Source: a virus
Lineage: Duplodnaviria > Caudoviricetes
Reading direction: 5' to 3' (one strand)
IMG/VR virus record: IMGVR_UViG_3300029288_000110
Span: 1-64,000 of that record
DNA length: 64,000 nt
Shown here: positions 1 through 10,135 of the stretch, piece after piece
How the letters are laid out: each line of letters starts with the position of its first letter
Numbering within the stretch: position 1 is the stretch's first letter
Translations under genes and position numbers: made by a program
The notes under the pieces: model-generated
Database searches by the model: none
The model's input: only the letters and a program-made list of their open reading frames with translations
Told to the model about the DNA's origin: nothing

Positions 1-117
1 ACTACACGCGAAAAATCGCAGGTTGGGCAGGGGGGGGATTCATGCGCGGGCGGAATTAAGGAAATTTGAGGTCGTAAAAGGCCTTGAAAAAACAGCGAAA
101 AATGCCAAAAATTCAGG

Positions 118-687
118 GTGGTAGCTTTGATGCCAGGTCCAGCAAAAAAACCAACTAAATTAATGCAACTGGAGGGAAATGCTGGAAAGCGTCCATTGCC
201 GGCCAACGAGCCGCAGCCCGAAAGGGATGTCCGCGTTCCGGTGTGCCCCGCTTTCCTCAAGGGGACGGCGCGGCTGGAATGGAACCGCGTGGCGCCGGAA
301 CTTTACCGGCTAGGGCTTTTGACGAAGGTGGACCATGCGGCGCTGGAAAGTTATTGTTCCTGGTATCAGACGGCGGTGGAAGCAGACCAGGAAATAGCGC
401 GGCTGCGGAAACTGCACCGCGAATACAGGCGGAGCAAGAAAAAGGACGAACGCGCCACCCTGCCATCAAATGGGATGGTGATGTATACGGCAGCCGGCAA
501 TGTGATTATGGAGCCGATGCTCTCCGCGCGGAAACAGGCTTGGGAGATGGTGAAGGTATTTGCGGGAGAGTTCGGGATGACGCCGGCGAGCCGGGCAAGG
601 ATAGCCGGAGGCGGCGCCAGGAAGGCCGATGCCGGGAAATCCGCGATGCAGAGGTTTATGGATGCCAAGCGGGAAATCTCGAATTAA
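118..687 (+). CDS. terS: phage terminase small subunit, P27 family
   Basis: GPAKKPT..LEGNAGKRPL N-terminus, FGMTPASRARI motif, upstream of terL; true start may be ATG 130. Confidence 0.9.
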   Translation: MVALMPGPAKKPTKLMQLEGNAGKRPLPANEPQPERDVRVPVCPAFLKGTARLEWNRVAPELYRLGLLTKVDHAALESYCSWYQTAVEADQEIARLRKLHREYRRSKKKDERATLPSNGMVMYTAAGNVIMEPMLSARKQAWEMVKVFAGEFGMTPASRARIAGGGARKADAGKSAMQRFMDAKREISN

Positions 688-698
688 GGAGTTGGCCG

Positions 699-971
699 AT
701 GAAGGAAGAGATAATCGCTTTATTGAATGAGATAAACGAACTTGACCCCAGTGTGCTGCCGGCGTTGATAGAGCACCGTGTTCCATGTAATCAAAAACTA
801 GCAGATCACCCCACAGTACAGGTAGGAAAAACCTCAGACGGTTATGAGGTCGGTTTGCTGGGGATATTGAACGGTTTATGCGGAGTGAAAGAAGACAGCA
901 CCGGATACATCGGCGCGCGGTATAAAGACGAAGAACTAAACTGCATCGAGCGGTTTGAACTGCTGGTCTAA
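699..971 (+). CDS. hypothetical protein inserted between terS and terL
   Basis: ATG 699 after AAGGAG; 3' part of track ORF 243..971; AT-richer than neighbours. Confidence 0.7.
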   Translation: MKEEIIALLNEINELDPSVLPALIEHRVPCNQKLADHPTVQVGKTSDGYEVGLLGILNGLCGVKEDSTGYIGARYKDEELNCIERFELLV

Positions 972-2708
972 ATGGTTACTCGCAAAACTAAAAAAAAGGC
1001 GGGTAAGAAAAAGAGAACATCCGCTAATATATACCAGCCCGGGGTAAAGCAAAAGATACCGCGGGGCTGTTACTTCGATGAGAGGGCGGCGCAGGACGCG
1101 GTTGATTTTATCCAGGCACTGAAGCATACGAAAGGGAAATGGGCCGGGCAGCCGTTCATCCTGCTGCCGTGGCAACTCGCCATCGTGCGGGATATCTTCG
1201 GGTGGAAGCGTCCCAACGGCAAAAGGCTATATAAAAAGGTCTACATCGAGATACCGAAGAAAAACGGGAAATCGGAACTCGGGGCGGCAATCGCCCTCTA
1301 TCTGTTATTCGGTGACGGGGAAGCGGGGGCGGAGGTCTACAGCGCGGCGGCGGACAAGGACCAGGCGAAAATCGTATTCGACGTGGCAAAGGACATGTTC
1401 GAGATGGAGCCGGCGCTGCAATATGATAGGGACGGCAATTTACGGGGGAAGAGAATCCCCTCTACATACCGGATTGTCAATTACGAGCTGGGAGGATTTT
1501 ACCGGGCGCTATCGAGCGAGGTAGCGGGAAAACACGGTTATAACGTCCACGGGGTAATCTTCGATGAACTGCACGCCCAGCCGGACCGCCGGCTTTACGA
1601 CGTTATGACCTACGGCTCGGGGGACGCGCGGGAGCAGCCGCTGTTCATCTTCCTCACCACGGCAGGCATTGACCGGAACTCAATATGCTGGGAGGTCCAC
1701 GAATACGCGCGGCAGGTCATCGCCGGCATCATCGAGGACCCGGAATTTTACGCGGTATTCTTTGGTTTGAGCGATGAGGAAGACCAGGCGGACCCGGAGG
1801 CGTGGGGGCGGGAAGAGACGTGGCGGCGGTGCAATCCATCGCTGGAGGTAATCGTCCCCCTCGAGATAGTGGCCAAGGAATACAGGGACGCACTCAATAA
1901 TCCGTTCCTGGAAAACCAGTTCCGGCAGATGCGGCTCAACCAGTGGGTGAAGAGCAACATCAAACCGATACCGCTGCGGGACTGGGACGCCTGCGCGGGG
2001 GTTGTGCATAAGGATAAGCTTTTGCATAAAGTTTGTTACGGAGGCCTCGACCTGGCCAGCAAAATCGATATGGCGGCGCTGGCATTAATCTTCCCGGACG
2101 ATAAGCAGCCGCCGGGTTATGATTTGCTGCTGCGTTACTGGATACCTTCCGACAATATCCGGGACCCGCATAACAAAAACCGGGAGCTGTACCTCAAATG
2201 GGAGAAGAAGGAGCTGGTAACGGCCACACCAGGAAACGTCATCGATTACGATTACATCCTGGACGAGCTGGATGGGATGAGGCTCGATTACGAATTACAG
2301 GAACTTGCCTACGACCCGTTCGGGAGTTGGGAAATAATCCAGGAACTTCAGAAGCGGGGATTCGTCCTCGAGGAAAAAGCGGCGGGGTACGGGCATCCGC
2401 TATTGGTGACCTTCCGGCAGGGCTGGAAGACGATGAGCGCGCCCACGAAGGACTTCATCGCCATGGTAGTCGACCGGCAGAACCGGGGACGGTTCCGTCA
2501 TGGGGGCAATCCGGTTTTGCGGTGGAACGTGGATAACCTGGTGCTGTGGCAGGACAAGGCGGGAAACGTGACGCCGGACAAGGCTAAGAGCAGCGAGAAG
2601 ATAGATGGCGTGGTGGCGAGCATCATGGCACTGGACAGGGCGCTCAAGCACCAGGGGCCGGGGAAGAGTGTTTATGAAGAACATGGGCTGGATTCAATTG
2701 ACCTTTAA
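972..2708 (+). CDS. terL: phage terminase large subunit
   Basis: Walker A IPKKNGKSEL, Walker B VIFDELH, nuclease GGLDLA and KIDGVVA motifs. Confidence 0.97.
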   Translation: MVTRKTKKKAGKKKRTSANIYQPGVKQKIPRGCYFDERAAQDAVDFIQALKHTKGKWAGQPFILLPWQLAIVRDIFGWKRPNGKRLYKKVYIEIPKKNGKSELGAAIALYLLFGDGEAGAEVYSAAADKDQAKIVFDVAKDMFEMEPALQYDRDGNLRGKRIPSTYRIVNYELGGFYRALSSEVAGKHGYNVHGVIFDELHAQPDRRLYDVMTYGSGDAREQPLFIFLTTAGIDRNSICWEVHEYARQVIAGIIEDPEFYAVFFGLSDEEDQADPEAWGREETWRRCNPSLEVIVPLEIVAKEYRDALNNPFLENQFRQMRLNQWVKSNIKPIPLRDWDACAGVVHKDKLLHKVCYGGLDLASKIDMAALALIFPDDKQPPGYDLLLRYWIPSDNIRDPHNKNRELYLKWEKKELVTATPGNVIDYDYILDELDGMRLDYELQELAYDPFGSWEIIQELQKRGFVLEEKAAGYGHPLLVTFRQGWKTMSAPTKDFIAMVVDRQNRGRFRHGGNPVLRWNVDNLVLWQDKAGNVTPDKAKSSEKIDGVVASIMALDRALKHQGPGKSVYEEHGLDSIDL

Positions 2709-2730
2709 AATATTTGGCGGGGAGAAATAA

Positions 2731-4059
2731 ATGGCAAATCCCATTAAGCAGGCAATTAAAAACACCCTGAAGGGACTCTCGATAACGCTGTCTAATGGTG
2801 CCCAGTTATTGAACCGCGGCTATAACGGCGATTTTAAGACATTTTTTACCGAAAATATATATTCCGATTCTGATGCCGGAATCAGCGTGACAAAAGAAAA
2901 AGCCCTGAATTATACCGCATTCTGGAGTTGCGTAACACTGCTGGCGGGGACAATCGCGTCTCTGCCGTTCCATTTAAAACAGAACACCGGGGATAGGAAC
3001 ACAATCAATGCTGTAAATCATCCTCTTTACAAACTGCTGCATGACGAACCTAATCCGGAGATGGACAGCTTTTCATACATGGAAACCCTGATGTACCATC
3101 TCGGCGCGGCCAACGGCAATGCCTATTCCTTCATCGACTGGGATTCCGATCGTACAACCATCAAGGCTTTATGGCCGATGGACCCGGACAGGGTTACCAA
3201 AGTGCGTGGAGGGAACAACGAAATCGTTTATCTTTACCAGTCTGATGGCGGGCAATTTCTGCTGCCGGCATACCGCGTCTGGCATATACCCGGATTCGGG
3301 TATGACGGATTGATCGGCTATACACCGCTGACCCATGCACGTAATTTGATCGGGAGCGCGTTGGCGGCGGAAAAAATGGGCACCAAGATATTTACTAACG
3401 GTCTGACTTTCGGCGGGTTTTTGAAAAGCTCGAAGATATTAACCCAAGATGCCAGAGACAATCTTAAAAAATCAATCAAAGAAGGTCATGAAGGTGTAGA
3501 AAAAGCACAGAGGCTTTATATTCTGGAAGATGGATTATCATATGAAAAAAATAATATCTCCCCGGAGGATGCTCAAATGCTCGATACGGAAAAGCATCTT
3601 TACACCAGGATGGCGGGTTTTTTCCACATTCCGCCCCATATGATAGGAGACCTGGAAAGGGCGACCTTCAGCAATATCGAAGAACAGAATATTTACTTCG
3701 GCGTGCATAGCATCCGGCCGTGGTGCGTGCGCATCGAGAGGTCCGGCAATCGCCAATTACTTATCGATAGCGAAAAGGACAGCTATTTCATGAAACTGCT
3801 GATTGACGGCCTATTAAGGGGCAATACGGAATCAAGGTTCCGGTCTTATGCCATCGCTAGGAACTGGGGCTGGATGAGCGCCAATGACGTGCTTGAATTG
3901 GAAGACAGGAACGGTATAGGGGAACAGGGAGATATTTATATGGCGCCATCGAATATGGTACCTGCGGATAAGTTCAATCAGATGATGCCGGCAGCCGCTC
4001 CATCAAACCAGCCGGCTAATAGTAAAGATGAACTTATTCTTCCTCGTCCAGTTTTTTAA
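2731..4059 (+). CDS. HK97-family portal protein
   Basis: LLHDEPNPEM, WHIPGFGYDGLIG, IPPHMIGDLERATFSNIEEQ motifs. Confidence 0.96.
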   Translation: MANPIKQAIKNTLKGLSITLSNGAQLLNRGYNGDFKTFFTENIYSDSDAGISVTKEKALNYTAFWSCVTLLAGTIASLPFHLKQNTGDRNTINAVNHPLYKLLHDEPNPEMDSFSYMETLMYHLGAANGNAYSFIDWDSDRTTIKALWPMDPDRVTKVRGGNNEIVYLYQSDGGQFLLPAYRVWHIPGFGYDGLIGYTPLTHARNLIGSALAAEKMGTKIFTNGLTFGGFLKSSKILTQDARDNLKKSIKEGHEGVEKAQRLYILEDGLSYEKNNISPEDAQMLDTEKHLYTRMAGFFHIPPHMIGDLERATFSNIEEQNIYFGVHSIRPWCVRIERSGNRQLLIDSEKDSYFMKLLIDGLLRGNTESRFRSYAIARNWGWMSANDVLELEDRNGIGEQGDIYMAPSNMVPADKFNQMMPAAAPSNQPANSKDELILPRPVF

Positions 4060-4092
4060 AACTCAGATATTTCACGCGAAATAAACTTAAGC

Positions 4093-4120
4093 CTCGGGAA
4101 AACCCGTGGCTTTTTTATTG
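4093..4120 (+). terminator. intrinsic terminator-like hairpin after portal
   Basis: AAGCCTCGGG-AAAA-CCCGTGGCTT followed by TTTTATT. Confidence 0.55.
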
Positions 4121-4130
4121 GGAGTGTAAA

Positions 4131-5048
4131 TTGCCGATACCGAAACCAAGAAATAATGAAAGCGAAGATGAATTCATCAGCCGGTGCATGGGGGATGATG
4201 TGATGAATCAGGACTATCCAGACGAAGACCAGCGCGCCGGAGTTTGTTATACGCAATGGGAAAACCGCGATAAGGGAGAAAACGCTATGGACGCAAAAAT
4301 TCAACGTAAATCTTTTACCGGCATCGAATTAAAAAAAGATAAACCCGGCGCTTTTACGGCCAGAATCGCCACGCTAAAAGTCATTGATAAAGACGGCGAT
4401 GTGACGCTACCCGGCGCTTTTCCCGAAGGAAAGACCATATTGATTTCCGCCTACCAGCATGGCAGCTGGATGGGCGAATTGCCGGTAGGAAAGGGCATCA
4501 TCCATGAGGTCGAAAACGAAGTGCTGGTGGAAGGCGAATTCAACTTGAAATCAGAAACGGGGAAAGAACATTACGAGACAATCAAGTTCGCGCCGGATTT
4601 ACAGGAATGGAGCTATGGCTTCAAGGTCATTGACGCAGAAGAAGATACCGAATATGAGGGCAATCATGTCTGGCGCATTTTGAAAAAAGTGGATGTCTTT
4701 GAAGCTTCACCCGTATTGCGCGGTGCCGGCATGAATACTGCCACCCTGGCGATAAAAAACGAAAAAGAACAGGGAAAAACCTTCGCAGCTCAGGCGGAAG
4801 CGGCGCTTGCCGCCGTTAACGGCCTAGTGGCCCGCGCGAAGTCGCTTGCTGACTTGAGGCGGAAGGAAGGGCGGAACCTGTCCATATCCGGCAGGGAGGA
4901 AATAACCAAGCTGCAAAAAGGGCTTGGGGAGATAGAGGTCGAGATTAAAAACCTGCTGGAAAAACCGGAGGACGCATTGAGCGGCAGCGTCCAGACTGAA
5001 CTCAAACGGTCGCTCATAACCATCAAAAATATTTATGGGAGGAAATGA
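4131..5048 (+). CDS. HK97-family prohead maturation protease with small N-terminal domain
   Basis: DKDGDVTLPGAF, QH, WSYGF, EASPV motifs; TTG start after GGGAG; position portal-protease-capsid. Confidence 0.92.
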   Translation: MPIPKPRNNESEDEFISRCMGDDVMNQDYPDEDQRAGVCYTQWENRDKGENAMDAKIQRKSFTGIELKKDKPGAFTARIATLKVIDKDGDVTLPGAFPEGKTILISAYQHGSWMGELPVGKGIIHEVENEVLVEGEFNLKSETGKEHYETIKFAPDLQEWSYGFKVIDAEEDTEYEGNHVWRILKKVDVFEASPVLRGAGMNTATLAIKNEKEQGKTFAAQAEAALAAVNGLVARAKSLADLRRKEGRNLSISGREEITKLQKGLGEIEVEIKNLLEKPEDALSGSVQTELKRSLITIKNIYGRK

Positions 5049-6328
5049 ACATGAGTGTGAAACTCAAGACCAAATATAGCAACATCAAGGACCTGCGCGG
5101 CCGGCAGGAAGAAATCGGCAAGACCATCACAAAGGTTTTTGAGGAAGCCGAGCAGGAAGGCAAGGACATCGATTTCAGCCGGGTGAAGTGTCTGGAAGGC
5201 GCGGACACCGCCGCCAAGCTGGCCGCGCTGAAAGCACTTAATGACGAATCCGCCGACATCCATGACGATATCAAGGCGCTGGAAGAGGCGGAGCAGATCA
5301 TCCGCAAGGCGCGGCAGGCAGCCGATGAGGCGGCCGGGTTCAAAGAGACAGACCTGCGCGAACAGCCCGGGAAAAAGGCAACCCAGAACAAATCCCTTGG
5401 CGAGCAGTTCCTGGAAAAGAAGCTCAATAAAAAGAATGCCACCGGCGAGCTCGATATCGACCTGAAGACCATCGTGCAGACCGGCGCCGGCTGGGCCCCG
5501 GAATCCATGCGGCTGCCCAGGGTCGAGCTTTACCCGCTGCGCGCACTGCGCGTGGCCGACGTTTTCCCGACCTACACCACACAGAACTCCGATATCAAGT
5601 ACATGGAAGAGACGACCCATACCAACAATGCTGCGGAAATCGCGGAGGAGACCGATGCCTCCAGCCCCACAGCTTATGGTGAAGCGGCTATCGGCATGAC
5701 GGAACGCTCCGTGCCGATTGAAAAGATCCCGGTATGGATTCCGGTCACCGAGGAACAAATGGATGATGTGGTCGGCTTCGGTGAATTCATCAACAACCGC
5801 CTGACTTATATGGTTAGGAACCGCCTCGATGGGCAGCTTATCGCCGGCGATGGCTCGACGCCCAACCTCCGTGGCGTGCTGAACGCTTCCAATATCCAGA
5901 CCCAGGCCAAGGGCTCTGACCCGACTCCCGACGCTTTCTTTAAAGCGATGACACTGGTACGTGGCTACACGGCCGGGACCGGCTTCGCCGAGCCTTCCGC
6001 CTGCTTTATTCACCCGCTGGACTGGCAGGACATCCGCCTGCTCCGGACGGCTGACGGCATTTACATCTTCGGGAATCCGACCGAGATGGGGCCGGAAAGA
6101 CTCTGGGGTGTCCCTGTAGTAGTGACTCCCGCGGAAACGCAGAATACCGGCGCGGTTGGCGACTTTATAAACTATGCCGCCCTGTATGTCAAACGCGGAC
6201 TTTCCATCGAGACCACCAATAGCCACGGCGAATTATTCGCCTCCGGCGTCCTGGCTATCAAAGCCACAATGCGCTGCGCGGCAGTGTATTTCCGCGGTTC
6301 TGCTTTCTGCAAGGTCACCGGAATATAA
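5045..6328 (+). CDS. HK97-fold major capsid protein
   Basis: coiled-coil delta domain, GDGSTPNLRGVLN, RLWGVPVVVT, VGDF motifs. Confidence 0.95.
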   Translation: MNMSVKLKTKYSNIKDLRGRQEEIGKTITKVFEEAEQEGKDIDFSRVKCLEGADTAAKLAALKALNDESADIHDDIKALEEAEQIIRKARQAADEAAGFKETDLREQPGKKATQNKSLGEQFLEKKLNKKNATGELDIDLKTIVQTGAGWAPESMRLPRVELYPLRALRVADVFPTYTTQNSDIKYMEETTHTNNAAEIAEETDASSPTAYGEAAIGMTERSVPIEKIPVWIPVTEEQMDDVVGFGEFINNRLTYMVRNRLDGQLIAGDGSTPNLRGVLNASNIQTQAKGSDPTPDAFFKAMTLVRGYTAGTGFAEPSACFIHPLDWQDIRLLRTADGIYIFGNPTEMGPERLWGVPVVVTPAETQNTGAVGDFINYAALYVKRGLSIETTNSHGELFASGVLAIKATMRCAAVYFRGSAFCKVTGI

Positions 6329-6367
6329 GAAAGGTCGAGCAAAAAGTAAAAAGTAACGAGGTGAAAA

Positions 6368-6769
6368 ATGCCTATTATCGAAGGCGCAGTACAGCGCGGA
6401 GTAGCTAAATTCATTTACGATTTCGCAGCGCGTGGAGGTGCAGCCGGAGACATCGTGCTTGCCGGGGAGCCTCTACCCAAGAATGCCATTGTCTGGGATG
6501 GGGTGGTAGATGTAATCACGCCACTGACCGGCGGGGCCGGGGCGACGGCGGCAGTATCCACCGCGCAATCCGCCAACGACCTGATAGCGGCGGCAGACAT
6601 AACCGGGGCCCCATGGTCCACGGCGGGGTCTAAAGCAATCGTTCCGGTGGGGGATGCCTCTCATAGCATCAAGATGACGGCAGACAGGGCCCCGAAGCTG
6701 GTAATCGCGACCAATGACCTGACGGCCGGCAAATTCAACCTGTTCATCGAGTATTACCTTTCCGACTAA
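6368..6769 (+). CDS. putative capsid decoration/cement protein
   Basis: directly after capsid gene, beta-rich, ends LTAGKFNLFIEY; RBS GAGGTG. Confidence 0.55.
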   Translation: MPIIEGAVQRGVAKFIYDFAARGGAAGDIVLAGEPLPKNAIVWDGVVDVITPLTGGAGATAAVSTAQSANDLIAAADITGAPWSTAGSKAIVPVGDASHSIKMTADRAPKLVIATNDLTAGKFNLFIEYYLSD

Positions 6770-6829
6770 AAGAATATCCCGGTAAATCTAAAGCTGCCGG
6801 GATAAAACAAAAAATAACAAGGAGAAAAA

Positions 6830-7522
6830 ATGGAAGGATTAGTTCAGCAGGCAGAAAAATATATCATCCCTGACGGCTCGGCAAACCGTCCCTACATGTC
6901 CCGGCGCGGTGAATTATTCACCCAGGACTGGATCCAGGCGGCCATCCTGGAAGGTTACGGTTTCATCGCCAATGTCGGCGCATTATCCACCCCCGTAGTG
7001 GGAGGCGGCGCCGGCACGGTGGTGGACCTCGACCAGCCGGAATTCGGCATGATCATCCCGGACGGAAAGACCATCATCCCGATCCGTCTGGCCATCCAGC
7101 TCACCACACCGCTTCTGGCCACCGATGCCGATGAGGTAGAAGCGCTGGCCTTCGTCGATACGACCGCGGCCACCGTAGCGGCAGCCCTTGACGGGACCTG
7201 GGCCAATACCATCACTCCCAAAAACATGCGGATTGCTCTCACCAACAGGAAGAGCTCGACCTGCACGGTAAAAAGTGTCTGCTCCGGAGATACCACCGAC
7301 CCGACAGAGAGCATCGACCTGGCGCACATCCAGCTTACCGGCGATGTCCAGGGCACGGCGGCCACCGCATTGTGGACCAAGAACGAGTTGCTTTACGAAC
7401 CGAAGAATCCGCCCCTCATCGTGGGCCCGGCTTCTCTGTTCGCTTACTGGGGCGGCACGGTAGCCACCAGTGCCTTCATGCAATTCTTCTGGATTGAATT
7501 GCCCAGCACCCAGTTACAGTAG
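6830..7522 (+). CDS. putative virion structural protein
   Basis: RBS AAGGAG; beta-rich Ala/Thr/Gly composition within head module. Confidence 0.55.
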   Translation: MEGLVQQAEKYIIPDGSANRPYMSRRGELFTQDWIQAAILEGYGFIANVGALSTPVVGGGAGTVVDLDQPEFGMIIPDGKTIIPIRLAIQLTTPLLATDADEVEALAFVDTTAATVAAALDGTWANTITPKNMRIALTNRKSSTCTVKSVCSGDTTDPTESIDLAHIQLTGDVQGTAATALWTKNELLYEPKNPPLIVGPASLFAYWGGTVATSAFMQFFWIELPSTQLQ

Positions 7523-7629
7523 ATTGACGCCCGCCCTTCGGCAAGGCGGGGAAAAGGCCGGGGGTGGTTCGGCTCCTCCTTTCCACCCCCGGTACATTTT
7601 TAAGGAGGGCATTAGAAGGAAGGAATATT

Positions 7630-7797
7630 ATGAAATGCAAACATCCTTATTACCATTATGTTGATGGAGTTTTGACCTGTGTACAATGCGGCCAGCCATC
7701 ACCGAAATTTAAAAGCCCGGATATCGAGGACAAAGCATTCCGGCAGCATGAATCCAAACCACTGACGGCGGGAGAGAAAACCGCAGCAAAAAAATAA
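7630..7797 (+). CDS. small Cys/His zinc-binding hypothetical protein
   Basis: MKCKH...CVQCG after AAGGA RBS; 3' part of ORF 7564..7797. Confidence 0.55.
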   Translation: MKCKHPYYHYVDGVLTCVQCGQPSPKFKSPDIEDKAFRQHESKPLTAGEKTAAKK

Positions 7798-7845
7798 TAA
7801 AAACCCCTTAAATCCCCCTTTATGAAGGGGGAGATGGAGTCATTT

Positions 7846-8943
7846 ATGTCCCTTAAAATAAAAACTCCGCCGGCGATAGAGCCGATTTCCCTGGTGGAAG
7901 CCAAGGCGCATTTAAGGCTCAACGGCCTGGCGCTGGAGGACAGCATCACCACAGAGCAGAGCATAGCCCCAGGAGCGCACGTAATCGCCGCCAGCTACTC
8001 GCTGGAGGGAAACGCAGTAGAAGTATCCGGGTATGAAGCCATCGTCAACCTGGTGGCCGGGACGAACGGGGCCGGGGGAACGGTGACGGTAAAAATCCAG
8101 GAGCGGGAAGACCTGGTGACGGGGGCGTGGGTGGACTGGGGAACGGCGTTCACGGCGGTGACGGAAGCTAACGATAACGCGACCTATGAAAAGGCATATA
8201 CCGGGAGCTGCCGGTACATCCGGGCGGTGGCCACGGTAGCCGGGGCGACATGCTCGTTCGGGGTGGATGTGGTAAAGATGGCGGGCCCGGCGGCGGAAGA
8301 CGACGCTATCACATCCTACATCAAAGCGGCGCGGCATTACGCGGAGTGGACACTCGCCTGGCGGTCCTACATTACACAGACGCTGGAGCTGTGGCGGGAT
8401 GACTGGCCGGAGGAAGATTTTATCAAACTGCTCCAGCCGCCGGTGCAGGAGCCGGCGATAACAGCGGGGAGCTTTGCCATTGGAACAGTATACCGTATTT
8501 TGACGGTGGGGACGACGGACTTCACGCTCATCGGGGCGACGAGCAACACGGTGGGGGCAATCTTTACCGCGACGGGGGCGGGAAGCGGGACGGGAACGGC
8601 CACGGCCAGCGGCATCGTCAGGTATTATGGCACCGATGACACGGTATATTACCTCGACGGCAGTGTTTACGGCCTGGCCAAAGAGGACCAGTACGCGCCG
8701 AAAATCGCATTAAAGTACGGGCAAAGCTGGCCGAGTACCACGCTGCGGCCATATCAGGCCATATGCATAACCTATATCGCGGGTTACGGGGATGCGGCAA
8801 CGGATGTACCGCCGGATGTGATTAACGGTCTGAAGCTCCTGATATCCGACGCTTACGAAAACAGGGGGGACATCATCACCGGGACCATCAGCTCGAATCT
8901 AAAACGGGCGCAGGACCTGATATGCGGCGCCAAGGCGTATTAG
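7846..8943 (+). CDS. head-tail connector (gp6/gp15-like) with inserted domains
   Basis: EPISLVEAKAHLR, YIKAARHYAE..RSYITQTLEL, ITYIAGYG..VP..YENR motifs. Confidence 0.85.
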   Translation: MSLKIKTPPAIEPISLVEAKAHLRLNGLALEDSITTEQSIAPGAHVIAASYSLEGNAVEVSGYEAIVNLVAGTNGAGGTVTVKIQEREDLVTGAWVDWGTAFTAVTEANDNATYEKAYTGSCRYIRAVATVAGATCSFGVDVVKMAGPAAEDDAITSYIKAARHYAEWTLAWRSYITQTLELWRDDWPEEDFIKLLQPPVQEPAITAGSFAIGTVYRILTVGTTDFTLIGATSNTVGAIFTATGAGSGTGTATASGIVRYYGTDDTVYYLDGSVYGLAKEDQYAPKIALKYGQSWPSTTLRPYQAICITYIAGYGDAATDVPPDVINGLKLLISDAYENRGDIITGTISSNLKRAQDLICGAKAY

Positions 8944-8962
8944 CGGAACAGGAAGGAACGGC

Positions 8963-9289
8963 ATGACAAGGGCAGGAGAATTCAGGACGCCCATCGCCTG
9001 GTATAAAGACATTCACGTTACGGACCCGGCGACTTTAGAATCGGTGACGGATTACGCTTTGGTGGGGACGGACTGGGCGGCGGTGGAGTGGGCAAGCGGC
9101 CGGCTTTATGAGGAGGCCAAGCAGCTCAACAGCGAGGTGCAGGGCGTTATCAGGACGCGGTACCGGCGGGACGTTCAGCCGGCATGGCGTATAAAGCTGG
9201 GGCGGCGGTGGATACAGATAATTTCCGTCTCCAATTACAAAGAGCAGAACCGGGAGCTATGGCTTGATTGCAAAGAGGCTTTGGATTAA
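8963..9289 (+). CDS. head closure protein (SPP1 gp16-like)
   Basis: RAGEFRTPI, WAAVE..SGR, IRTRYRRDV motifs; synteny. Confidence 0.85.
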   Translation: MTRAGEFRTPIAWYKDIHVTDPATLESVTDYALVGTDWAAVEWASGRLYEEAKQLNSEVQGVIRTRYRRDVQPAWRIKLGRRWIQIISVSNYKEQNRELWLDCKEALD

Positions 9290-9585
9290 TGAACGCTTAT
9301 GAAATACTGGAAATAAAATACAACGCAGATAAAGAAGAAATACAAAAAGCCTATAGGTCACTGGCTAAACGATTTCATCCGGATATTTGTAAAGAACCCG
9401 GAGCGGTAGAAAAGATGAAACTCATTAATGCTGCCTACGACCTTTTAATGAAACCACAGCCTGCCCAGCCAGTAATACATCGGCAGGGAATGATGGTAAG
9501 AGAGGTCAAGATATATCAATACGGATGGCAGAGTACTGATAGCTGTACCGCTGATTCTTCATATACTACCGGATATTATTATTAG
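9289..9585 (+). CDS. DnaJ (J-domain) protein
   Basis: YEILEI..EIQKAYRSLAKRFHPD..INAAYDLL with intact HPD. Confidence 0.88.
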   Translation: MNAYEILEIKYNADKEEIQKAYRSLAKRFHPDICKEPGAVEKMKLINAAYDLLMKPQPAQPVIHRQGMMVREVKIYQYGWQSTDSCTADSSYTTGYYY

Positions 9586-9612
9586 CCCAAATATTTCACA
9601 TGGAATATCGGA

Positions 9613-9640
9613 AGCCCTGGGAAACCGGGGCTTTTTTATT
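9613..9640 (+). terminator. intrinsic terminator-like hairpin after J-domain gene
   Basis: AAGCCCTGG-GAAA-CCGGGGCTT followed by T-run. Confidence 0.6.
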
Positions 9641-9651
9641 TGGAGAGATGA

Positions 9652-10119
9652 ATGGCGACAGGCGTATCGATTTATTTAAAAGGGCTTGATGAGCTGGAGA
9701 AGACCTGCAACAGGGCAGTCAAATACATGGACGCCGGTAAAACCAAGCTCCTGCTGGAACAGGCGAATCTGGTCAAAGCCCGGATAAAAGACCTGGCGGC
9801 AACACAGCAGAAGGGCAGTGTTAATCACAGCGCGCAGAAAGCCGCCTACGCAGCAGCCCAGTCCTCCACCACGGTTTACCCAACGGTAGCTTATGCCGGC
9901 ATCCGCCCGAGGGCAATGCCCCACGCTCATCTGGTAGAAGAAGGGCACGGCGGTCCGCATCCGGCGCCGCCTCATCCCTTCGTGCAGAAGGCCTGGCAGG
10001 AAATGAAGCCAGTGGTGCGGCAGAACATCGAAGGCAAAGCGGGTGCGATTGTGGATGCGGCATTCAGCCAGGCCAAAGGTAATGCTGTAAGCGGCCCCAT
10101 AGGGTTCACCGAAGTGTAA
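9652..10119 (+). CDS. HK97 gp10-like neck/tail-completion protein
   Basis: KGLDELEK start, HAHLVEEGH and PPHPFV motifs; synteny. Confidence 0.8.
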   Translation: MATGVSIYLKGLDELEKTCNRAVKYMDAGKTKLLLEQANLVKARIKDLAATQQKGSVNHSAQKAAYAAAQSSTTVYPTVAYAGIRPRAMPHAHLVEEGHGGPHPAPPHPFVQKAWQEMKPVVRQNIEGKAGAIVDAAFSQAKGNAVSGPIGFTEV

Positions 10120-10135
10120 CGGGAAGCAGAAGTTT

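Noticed and set aside
1-60. cos packaging site
   Set aside because: Position upstream of terS is suggestive, but the site cannot be defined without upstream sequence or read termini.
5033-6226. Long antisense ORF and similar shadow ORFs across the GC-rich block
   Set aside because: They overlap well-supported genes and lack RBS or motifs.
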